64,000 bases of DNA from Ginglymostoma cirratum (Eukaryota), in NCBI GenBank assembly GCA_024137785.1, contig JAHRHZ010000098.1:26770044-26834043 (forward strand), given 5' to 3'. The translations under genes were made by a program, and so were the position numbers. Positions 25,801 to 37,800 of the stretch are shown here, in pieces. The stretch's first letter is position 1. Every line of letters begins with the position of its first letter. Under the pieces are notes generated by a model. That model saw only the letters and a program-made list of their open reading frames with translations. It was not told the DNA's origin and did no database searches.

Positions 25801-28800
25801 ACACATTGGCAGTTAGAGGGCTGGCAAACTGGTGGAAGCTGATGTGCACAGGAGGCTCAGCTATCCACCCAGCTAAGCCAACTAAATGACTGATTACAGG
25901 CTGCTGCCCACCTCTGTGAACATTTTGCCCCTGCCAGCAAAGCCAGTCCCTGCCCCCAAAGGATACTGGGTGAAACCTGGGCATTTCAGAGTGCATGGAA
26001 GAGCCTCCCTAACAGCAGTGACCACCTTTATGTCATGTTTTTCATTGATGGTCTCTAAGCACACCTCCCCGTATCACCCTCTATTGCTACTGCATATTTG
26101 CTAGGCCCACATTTCCTCTGAAGACCTACCAGATCCTCAACAGTATCTTATCATTGAAAGTGTCCTCCACCTGGACCCTGCAGCATCTGCAATGATAACC
26201 ATCAATGGGGGTGCTGCTAAATAGTAGCTCTTGAGGCAGCCTGCCATTCTGAACTGAACAGTGGCTCAGGGCATAGCCAGTTAATTGACAGCAACTAGCA
26301 ATAAGCTGCCCTTGGTTCCACCTCCCACTGAAGTTGGCAGGGCAGGGGAACACCTCCTGCTTTTGGCCTGGGTGGCAACACTTGCCAATAAAGGGAAATT
26401 CTTAGCTCACAGTTTCAACAAGCACCAGCCACCCTTTCATGCTGTGCCCCAGTGGCTTTTCTCACATTTATTATCATATAAGGTTGTATCATAGCTTAAC
26501 CTGGTACAGTCTACAAACATACTCTCACAGGTATACAGAGGCTGATTTACTGCCAGTTGAGATCAGCTCACTTACGAGCACAGGCCATGGATCAAAGCTG
26601 GAATTGCTTTGTTTCTACGGCTCAGTTCCATTCTAAGCAATAGTATTATGAATTGAGCCATTGGGCCAGCCCATCAAGTGCAAACTCAGAGACTATCAAA
26701 TAAGCATGAGGACTTCTTAAAGGCAATACATATGTATACAGTTTGGTGATCAGTCCCCCTCCACATAGCAATTTCTCCCTTAGCCGAATACATACAGAGA
26801 TATGTTCCAGATATTGTTTGTCTTCTGACTGGCTTATCAGCTGTGCTATTTTACCAATGTATCGAATATTAATTCCACATTTGTGCAAGCCATCTGTCAA
26901 TGTTCTACCATCAATAGGCACAGTGACATGATTCACACAGTCTTTGATCTGAAAAACAGAAAAATAAGATGGAAAGGAAGTTCAGACTTTATGCCAGACA
27001 CCATTTAATAGATATTTTCTTCTAACAGCCATGCCTCCTCCATAATACCTCCTCCATAACTAGTTAATGACAAACAACAGCTGTGAAAACATTCCATCCA
27101 AAAGTGCTCATTTGTTTCCATATTTGAGAGGCCTGAGGCTTGCAATCAGAAATATCTATTCTAATTCCATTTCCTTGCTTTCCCCGTAATACTAATGTTT
27201 CTTTAAGTGTTTATCCAATTCTTCCTTAATCATCTTCTTTGAATCAGTTCAGTAGCTATTTGTGATAAGACATTCCATGCCATAATATAATTTTACAAGA
27301 CATCATTCCTTTTAACTTCTCCCTCTGCTATTAATGTGTGTGTGATCCTGGTGACCAAATCACCAGTCAATAGAATTTCTGTCATTGACCCTTCCACAAC
27401 TCCAAACATTTAAAGTGAATTTCCCACAACCTTTCACACTCTTAAAACATATAGCCTTATTGTTTTTGGATGTCTGTTATGATGTTATTATATACACATT
27501 TCAAATCTAATTCCTGTAAATTGATATTTGCCTTTTATCATAGAAGTCACTTACAAAACTGGGAATTTGTACAGTCAAAAGGAAAGCTGCAATTTCCTTC
27601 ATCAATCGCTTCTGAAGTTGCAGAGCCTCTTGTTCAGATTCATGAAATCTTACAACTGCAACAAAAATTCAATTCTGATTTACAAACAGACCACTGCATC
27701 TTGGCAGAGAAGGTGCTATACAATACACCAAGTGATTAAAACACAATTCCAAGCATATAATGTGCAATATACTCAATTATTTGCAATGCATTCACAGTAA
27801 GTCAACTATCTACAATGCATTTATGATGAGCCAAATTATCTATTTATGATCATGGATCATACGATTCAATGGTAAACCAATTTAATGCAAATTTCCAGGG
27901 AGTTCTATAATGGTGCCACTGATGAGTTATACCTTGCAATGTTAATGCCAAATATTGCACTTCCTTCAATCTATTTGCATTTGAGAAGATAGGAATGTCA
28001 GTGATAATATCAATTGCTTTGAAGGTAAATGGCACAGTGGTTGTGTTTGCAAATCCCGTATTGCACTATATAGTCACTTCAGGACCTACATTGGAATGGA
28101 AGAAAGTCAAACAGTCCTTAAGATTCAATATAAGAGGAAGAAATGTCTCTACCACCCATTTCCCAAATAAAAAAGCATCTTTTACAAACTGACTCTATGT
28201 CTGTCTGTGCAAACACAGTAATATCACATTTCATGAAATGAATAAAATAGAGCCAAGTAATATTTATCAACCACTTCTTGAAAGCTCAGACATCATGAAG
28301 TGGACAAACTATTTTGGCAGAATATTGTGCTTGATGGTTCCAAGGATGTTATCATGTCACTTGCTCTTTATAATAAATGGTATATTTTAACATATACAGG
28401 AGTGACAAGGTTGTGCACAAGGTTTACTGGGTTTCTCTAATTGCTTAGTGGAAAAGTACAGACCAATTTGATCTTGAGCTATGTAGAAAAAAATTAAAAT
28501 TTGAATTCTAGTCTAGCTAATGTACTTGCTCTCCGATGAGAACATTGTCTGCAGACATGAGACTAGCAATCACATGGTTGTTTACACCACTGAGCTCCAT
28601 CACTTCGCTTGAGCCCTCTACTACCTCTCTGTTGTCAGATTGTTTGGATCAGACGTTCTTTTATTCAGTTAAATGGTGAAGAAAAAAGTTACGGTTCCTA
28701 GCCTGCCTGTAATAACTGCAACACAGACTGAATCACACTGGGGTTCTATTTGATTCTGAGCTTCTGGTTCCATTTCACTCCATCATAAAAACTGCCTTCT

Positions 28801-31800
28801 TCAATTTCTGCAGGAATAATGCATCCTTCATGACCCCTGTTGAAAATCTTATCCAATGTCAGCTATGCTCATACTTTGGTTTGCACAAATCTCATTGCTC
28901 CTACTCTATCCAACGTCAAGTTCCACATGCACATGCCTTGTCTTTGAAACCATGCTTATATTTTTCAAACTTCCCTACTTTTTTTTTCCAGCTCTACAAA
29001 CTCATTCCCTTCCTCGGACTACTTAACCATTATATCTCCTATCAGACTACAGTTGCTGTCCATGCCTTCAACAGCCCCAGTCTCAAATCCCCCCTACTAT
29101 CTTTTTTCTCTTCTCATTTAGGACCATCTTTGATTAAGCGTCTGGTCACACCTTGTAACATTTGCTTCTTTTGATCAGAAACAATATCTTTGCCTCTATG
29201 AAGTATTTGAAGATAGTACTGTGCATGAAAAACTTTACTCAAATGCAAGGTCTTGGTGAAACCTGACACTCTACAATAGCTCAGGAGGGCGCACGTTAAT
29301 CAATTGAGCCATCAACTTTATGCAAGGTATCTCATCAAATTTTACCATTTCCTTAGAAATATGTCAATTTAATCTAATTGTATTTTTCGTTTATTCCTCA
29401 TGTGAAAGATACCAGCAAGCCACGTGCATTGCCCATCTTTCATTGTACTCCCCGGACAGCTACATAGTTTGTCAGATCCCTTCGGGGAGTTAAATGTTAA
29501 CTACATAATGTGGGATCAGAGTCACATACAGATAAGATTCAAAAGGAGTCACACGTGTCCTTCCCAAAAATATAACAAATTGATCTATTACACCAGCTTT
29601 CAAAGTGTAAACTTTCAAAATGCCAGATTTATTGAACTCTTGAAACTTTTAAAATGACAAATTGAGTTTTGGTTACCAACAAATATACCACTTATGCACT
29701 GTCCCCATATAATTGTGAAACTGGCTTGAATTGGACCCATTTCTTCTGGTTTGCAAGAAGTGTTATGTTCACTGATAAGAACATAAATATCAGAGAGGAC
29801 ACTATTCCCAGCTATTAATGCTTTAGTTTGGTCCAAGAATCTACATAAACAGGATCTGCCTAAACATTTGATTTAAACTTAGAACATAGAACATAGAACA
29901 GTACAGCACAGTACAGGCCCTTCAGCCCACGATGTTGTGCCAACCTATTACCCTAATCCTAAGGCCTATCTAACCTCCAGCCCTACCTTATACTATCGTC
30001 AAATTTGATTAAGTTATCATTAAACCTTTGAAGATTTAGTCACATCTCTACGCCATAAAATTATAAGTTTATTCCAAGAACAGAACATACCAACAAGAAA
30101 AGCAGGCAATTTGTAAGCGAGTATGAAATACAGAGGAAACTAGGGATAGAAAATAGTAAACAAAAGGACTTTGGAGGTTCTCAAAAAGATTTACTTCAAA
30201 AGATAAATACTGCAGATGAGCTGAGGATGCAGACAGACAGTTGGAAATATCGCTGTCATGCAAACAAAGTTTAAAGGACAGTACAGATAGCAGCTCAATG
30301 TTTCCAGTTACAGACCTTACAGACAAGATAGAGAAGAGGTTTGAAAGAAAAGAGGGTCGCAGTATTGAGGAAATAATTACAACAGAGGGGAGAAAAGAAA
30401 AAGACCTCCAAGTATAAGAAGTCTTCCACACTCTGAGGGCATTCCAAAGCACTTTGCCACTAATGAAGTGCTTTTGAAGTGTAGGCTGTATTGTAAATAC
30501 AGGAAATGTGGTAGCCAGTTTGTGTGTAGCAAATTTCCACAACAGCATTTTAACAATGACTAGATAATCTGTTTTCCTGCCATTGACTGAGACCAGGTTA
30601 CTGGGAATAATTCCTTGTTGTTTTTCAAAATAGTGCCAAAGGTTCTTTTACATTCACCTGACAGCACAGGTGAAACCATCACTTAATCCGTCAGCCAAAG
30701 GATGGCACCTGTGACAGTACTGTACTTCCTCAGTATTGTATTACAAATTTCAGAGTTAAACCTTTACAGAAAATAAAAAGGATATCAATGAGCAAGGCAT
30801 ATCTGATGTAGGTTACATAGATTTCAGCAAGGATTTTGATATGGTCCTATTTGGCTGTTTGGTCAGAAAAGTAAAAGCCCCAAAGAATCCAAGGGAAACT
30901 AGTCGGAGATAAGAGGCAAGGCAAAATGCAGATACTGGAAATTTGAAACAAACACAGAGAAAGCTGGAGCAACTCAGTGGGTCTGGCTGCATGTGTGACG
31001 AGAGAACCACCATTAACCTTTCGAGTCTTCTTCAGACTTGAAATATTAACTCTGTTTCTCTCTCTCCAGGAGACAAAGAGTAATGGGTTCTTGGTGCTTT
31101 GCAATTGAAAGATTGTTTCCAGTGCGGTTCCACTAGGCTAAGAATTGATTCCCTTGCTTTTCAATGATATTTATTGGAGATATTAATATTTAAATGTAGG
31201 ACACATATACAGCATTTTTGCAGATGATACAAAATATGACTGTGGTTGACAGTGAGAAAGAAAGCTGTAACCTCACAAAAAGGTATCAATGGGCTAACTG
31301 AACAGGCAGGGAAGTGGTAATTACAATTCAATACTTGTGAGATAATGGAAGGGGGTGAGGAGAGTGGCAGGATGTAATCAAACAAGAGCAGGGAATGCAA
31401 AATAACTAGTAGCATAATGAGTAGTACAGAGGGTGGAGGATCCCCGATTGCATGTTCACTGATCCCCGAACAGTAGCTGTGAGGATAAGATTGAATGGGC
31501 TGTGAATGTTTTCTCTGGAACAGAGGAGGCTGATGGGAGGTTTAGTTAAGGAGTATAAAGTTATGAAGGGCCTAGATATTGTGGGTAGAAAAGGTTTGCT
31601 GTAGTTCCCTTTGCAAAGAGGTCAATAAACAGGTAGTGCTGATTTAAAGTCATTGATAGAAGATTAGAAAGGAAGAAAAATATTTCATCCAAAGGAAACT
31701 GCAAATCACTTCCTGATAGGGTGAAAAATTCTTATTACAGTTTTAGGAAAGTACTATACCTTACCTGATGAATAAACATTTGGATTGAAACGAATGTCAA

Positions 31801-34800
31801 AGATGGTGTCACTGATGGAACCCACCTCCTGACATACTGTCTTCATTTCGTCAATATCTCTGAAATGATCTATACAGGAATATAAAAAAAAAACACAATG
31901 CTAGTAAGGACAAGGTCTCCAGAATCAGATAACACTTGTTACATGAAGGCACTTACAAAGATAACTGAAACAGAATTTAGAAAAACTTGAACATTAGACA
32001 CACAGTCTCCAACACTATGTTCCATTGTTGTAATACTAATGTATAGGTCCCAATAAAAGCTTTAAAAATAGTGAGTGCACATTTACAGGGGAATGTGAAA
32101 TTTTGATATCTGACACAAAGCAGACTTGATATGCAACTGACAAATCATTCTGAACAGGATGCACGAGAGATCTTGTATTTGCTGATGTTCTATTGTCCAT
32201 GTTGCTAGAATTGCTAAATACTGAATCACATGTACCAAGGATTGCCAATTCTAATAGGGTGTATTCCTGGAGGTTTCATCAAATGACCTCTGTTTGGAGA
32301 AATGCATTTATAGAGTGTGACTTTCTATAATAATGTGACCTCTGATGTATCAGAGATACCACCCCACCAACCTCCGGATCCAACGCATCATCCTCCGACA
32401 CTTCCACCATCTGCAGTCAGACCCCACCACCAAAGACATCTTTCCCTCCCCACCCTTATCTGCCTTCCGGAGGGACCACTCCCTCCGCGACTCCCTTGTC
32501 CGCTCCACACTCCCCTCCAGCCCCACCACACCCGGCACTTTTCCTTGTAACCGCAGGAAGTGCTACACCTGCCCCCACACCTCCTCCCTCACCCCAATCC
32601 CAGGCCCCAAGAAGACTTTCCACATCAGGCAGAGGTTCACCTGCACATCTGCCAATGTGGTATACTGCATCCGCTGTACCCGTTGTGGCTTCCTCTACAT
32701 CGGGGAAACCAAGCGGAGGCTTGGGGACCGCTTTGCAGAACACCTGCGCTCAGTTCGCAACAAACAACTGCACCTCCCAGTCGCGAACCATTTCAACTCC
32801 CCCTCCCATTCCTCAGATGACATGTCCATCCTTGGCCTCCTACAATGCCACAGTGATGCCACCCGAAGGCTGCAGGAACAGCAAATCATATTCAGCCTGG
32901 GAACCCTGCAGCCCAATGGCATCAATGTGGATTTCACAAGCTTCAAAATCTCCCCTCCCCCAACCGCATCCCAAAACCAGCCCAGCTCATCTCCACCTCC
33001 CTAACCTGTTTTTCCTCTCACCTATCCCCTCCTCCCACCTCAAGCCCCACCCCCATCTCCGAACTACTAACATCATCCCGCCCCCTTGACCTGTCCGTCC
33101 TCCCTGGACTGACCTATCTCCTCCCTACCCCCCTACCTACACTCACCTTTACTGGCTCCNNNNNNNNNNATCCGCCTCCCCCTCTCTCCCTATTTATTTC
33201 AGAACCCTCTTCCCCTCCCCCATTTCTGATGAAGGGTTTAGGCCCGAAACGTCAAGTTTTCCTGCTCCTATGATGCTGCTTGACCTGCTGTGTTCATCCA
33301 GCCCCATGCTTGTGACCTCTGATGTAGTTGCTTTCTGTTTAGAGGTATGCAGGCAGAAGCTAGTGAAGCCAGCACATCGAACATGATACCTGAAGAGTGC
33401 AGCTGAAATTGAGTAGATTTTGAAAGTTGCGAGGGACAGCTACAGCAAGAAACATCAAGGAATAATTTGAACTTTATTCTGAAGGGACAGTCAGCATGAT
33501 TTTGAAGTTTCCAATTACTGGAAAGACAATCTGACAGAATCGGAACTTCCTCCAGTCTCTTTGGTAAAATTATGAGATAGACACAGAGTAAAGAGAAAAC
33601 TTGATCAAATAAGAGTAACTAGTCAAGTCTGTTATCAGTGCTGGGAAAAGAGTACTGCAAACTGTACTACACTCTAGATCTCACCGAGGGACAGAAAATC
33701 AGAATGGAGAAATTTAGAAGGCTTTAAGGTCTTATTTACTTATGTTATTTATGAATAGAATTCACATTACAGCTCAGACAGCAATATTGATCAGTGCGTG
33801 AATGCATCGAAAGATGATTTCATCAGAGATAGGATTGTCTTAAGAATAAAAGGTCTGAGCAAGACAGCATGTCAGTTGACAGAAAATAAATATACTCTCC
33901 AGAAAGCTATGACAATTGCAAAGCTTCTTCACATGTTAAATCATTAGCGGGAGTATTAATAGGAGAACTGATAAGCTTTGCATTATGCTGAGAGAAAGTC
34001 CAGGCCTAATAAGAACAATGAAATGGAGAAAAGAAGAACATATTGGCAGAAGAACCAGCAGAAAGAACAAAACCTGTGTATAAGCTGTAAATAATGCAAA
34101 AAGCATTACACAAAAGAAACATGTTTATTGTGAGGAAAAAAGTACTCTAACTTCAAGAAGCTGAATAAGAGGGCACAACTGTGTCTTGCTGAAAACAAAC
34201 AAAGCAAGCCAATGAATACAGCTACTGGAGAGATGCTGAGAATGATTTCTACTCCATAGAACAGGTTGTCTCATCTCACAGAGACCTGTGATTGTTAGAA
34301 CGTGAAGTGTCAGATAGCCCTGGTGCTATATGCAGCATCACAAGCTTTGTGAACTTAGGCCAAGTGGCTCAAGACAGTGACACACAAATTATTCCATTGA
34401 AGTTAGAGTTAAGGCTGTATGCTGGAAGAACTTTCATCCAAGAGGACAGATTAAGATGAAAGCCCAATGCAAAAGGGAGAAAGAAGATCTGTAGACAGTA
34501 GACAGTAGACACTAAGCAAAACCCACTGATTTCATCTGAGACAAGTATAAAATTCAGACTGGTAACCCTACCAGAAGAGATTTGCAGTGTCTTGCAGGGG
34601 ATCAAGTGATTGACTGCTGAACAGATCCTGAAAATGGATGTTTTCACAGGTATTGAATGTTTTCTTGGTTAATATCAAGGGGTTGTTGCATCTCTACCAC
34701 AAGCTCAGTCGATGAGAATGTGAGGCCAACTTAGCTTCTTCTGAGGAGAGTTCCAAATGCCCTCAAGTCCAGCATAAGAGGCAAGATAAAGGAGCTTGAA

Positions 34801-37800
34801 AAGTAGCGATTAATCAAGAAAGTCCTACAGATTGAATTAACAGCAAAGTAGCAGTGAAAAATCTCTGGAAAGTTTACATTATACATAAGTCCAAAAGATC
34901 TCAATAAAGCTTTGAAGAGATTGCACTACTCAGTGCCAACTACTGAAGAAATTTTGTCACAACTTGCCAAAGTAAGGGTCTTTATGACCCTAGATATGAA
35001 AAATGGATATTGGCAAATTAAGTTGAATCAAAGCAGTAGTTTTCTGACAGCATGTGGGAGATGCCAATGTTTCCACAAGCCACTTGGCATTCCTATTGCT
35101 CTGGAGTGGAATACACTGCCTAATATTCTGCATGGTAAGAACTGGGCATACGTTGGATCACCACGTCACCAAGTATGTTGCAGTCTCCAGGGATGAAGGA
35201 TTAATGTTCTGGGCGCTGTGGCTGTGAATGATCCGCGAGTCTACAGATGTGGAGATATGACTGAAGACACCACAATAGACAATGATCACAATCTACTAAC
35301 AGAGTAGAAGCTACTAGAGATAGCTCAGCAGATGAAGCAGATGCTAACCAAGAAAATAATACAATTGAAGATGGTTGAAGCCAATACATAGGTCATGTAC
35401 TGAAAGTGAAAGGACTTCATCCTGATCCAGATAAGTTGAGAACTGTAGTAATGATGCAGCAGCCAACAGATCTGAAATAAGAACAACATTTTATTTATTT
35501 ATCATAAGCGGTGACGCATAGAATAACCAGCAGCTTTTTCTTCCATTTAACAACTAATGCCAATAAGGTCAGTCCTGAGGTACTAAAACATCAACAATAC
35601 AGTTAATCCGCAAGTGTGTTGTCAGTAAGGCCAAACTTGGAGTAACCCCCATGCAGCAAGGTCAACCAGTTGCAATTCTATTTAGGTCAGTAATGCTAAC
35701 TGAAGGAATATCATCCTAGGAATGAGCAGACGCCAGATGAACACTAAACACCAGCTCATCCACGTACCATTAGCCAAACGGGCCACTTTAAAGATTATCT
35801 GAAGATGACATGTGCAGGTACAGATAAAATTGGCATAGACTAGAGTAACAAAGAATGTGTAATGATCTTCTGTACAGTCCATGTATGTTAGGTAACTTGA
35901 AATTGTAAATGATAATTTTTTTTTGGTTTATGGTGAAAAGAGGAGGAGAAATGCGTTTGTACATTGTAGCTTGTACATTTTAAATTGACATAACTATAAC
36001 ACCTCCTTTGTGGTTGTTTTCTGTTTAGAAGCCTGAAAGCAGATGTTAAAAAGAAAGCCACCACAAGGAACAACCTCCCATCTCCAACAATCTCTCCCAG
36101 ACAACTTTATTCCCATCTATTCTATTATCATATCTAACATAAGGAAAGAAAATAAAACATTGTTTTGATTGACCAACAAGTCCAAATGATTAATCCTTAA
36201 TCCCTGGAGACTGCAACATACTTGGAGAGTTAGTGATCCGACATATGCCCAACTCTTACCATGCATTGTATTGTGCACTGTGATTACAATAATTTCTTAA
36301 AAATGCAGCACAATTGAAAAATTCATATCATCTTTATATATTTAAAATTTGAAAAACACTGCTGCACAATGAACCTTGTGGACTGGATTTTACAGCCACA
36401 AATGAGGAATGCCATCTCCCACTGTGCCTATGTAAAATATGATAATATAGAATCAGGCTGACCATCCAACAACATTGTGCCAGTCTCTAATATTATGGAA
36501 GGAGAACTGGTGTGGAAATCAGAAGCCCAAATATTCAGCATCCAAATGAATGTAATCTTTCACTGCCCACGCTATTTTTCAAGCATTGATTGGGCAAGTG
36601 TTTAGGACTGCTTCATATGGCAGGAATGAGGTGGCAACACAGGGGTTGGAAGAAAAGGCCCTAACAATGGTACTCTCAGCGCACTTGGCAGTCTACTGGT
36701 AAAGGTGGCAGCGTTTGTACATTTTCTGGCTTCACTTATTCACTGTTTTCTGCCTGCTGTACACAATAAGGAGAGAGCAAGGGGATAGGGGCACTCAAGG
36801 TTGGAGGCTACCACCAACATCCTGTCCACAGCATAACCCGCCTCCCACCTGACATCACAGTCATGATGTCCAATTGGGCATGGAACCCTTCCCAATGTGG
36901 CATTAATTAGCAATCCATCAATTAACTGGTCATACTGAATCAGTTGAGGCAGAAGCAAGTTGACCACAAACTAAAACTGTAAAACATAGCCTCAGTTTGT
37001 TTCATGTATTAACTGGTTCAGCCTCTACTTTGAAACTCTTAAGCTGCCACACAGTTTCTTATCCATTTTGGTATGCTTGTCACTTCAAAGCAGCAACCTA
37101 AACACAGAGGCAAGGATGCACATTCGTTTCTGGCTGCAAAAGTCCTGCTTAAATTTGTGCATCAAGGAAAAAAGAATTTATAACGGAGATGCAACAAGCC
37201 GTAGAAACTCTGAACTTGTCCACCACTACCCCAGCAACTGTGACTAAATGCAGAGAACATTTACCTTCAGCCTTTTCACCAGCAGACATTTATCTGCTGC
37301 CCAACATATACACACATGTCTGGATGAGGAATGCAATTTCTCACTGTAGTGAGGATTACCTCAACATAGCCTTAACCTTCTAAACCGTCCTAGCAGTCAT
37401 CTGCCACATTTGATTGTAGTGCAGTAATGAAGGTAAATTCTTCAAAATTTAATTGGATTGAGAAACACTGGCTGAGAGAAATGCAGCTACAAGGTAGGTA
37501 TCAGAGCTTCCTCAGAATGAGGCACATTTACCCCTGTAAATAAAACGCTTAATCAGATATTCCTGTTCCTTCAGAATGTAATCAAAGGAATAGCATTGTA
37601 CATTCAGTAGCCAATATCCTTTGAGGAGATATAGTGCCTTCATTGTACAGCTGTGTCTGTTCTTTTTAAGTAGAACACTACATGAAAAACAAAGCAATTC
37701 TTGGCACTCACAGCTGCAGACTCCATCAAAAATGTTTCTAATGCAGAGAAGTTCCTCAACCAGACATCACAGCATTACTCAATTTAAGAAAAAACAAAAA

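Larger units (their letters stand above)
32291..36072 (+). mobile_element. Decayed Ty3/Gypsy LTR retrotransposon; 5' LTR 32291-33383 (split by Penelope), 3' LTR ~35945-36072, 5-bp TSD ACCTC
   Basis: TG...CA ends flanked by ACCTC (32286-32290, 36073-36077); gag-like IRDRIVL; [32 protein letters not shown]; RNase H-like MQQGQPVA; purine tract 35935-35951; homologous LTR segments (GGAGAAATGC, GTTG.TTTCTGTTTAGA, AAGCCA..CACA..GAACA). Confidence 0.75.

Noticed and set aside
30069-30548. 159-aa hydrophobic ORF on -
   Set aside because: It overlaps a DeuSINE and purine-rich repeat remnants; no recognisable domain or fitting splice phase.
32317-33089. Overlapping Pro/Ser-rich ORFs on both strands
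   Set aside because: Alternative frames of the C-rich Penelope GIY-YIG region, not independent genes.
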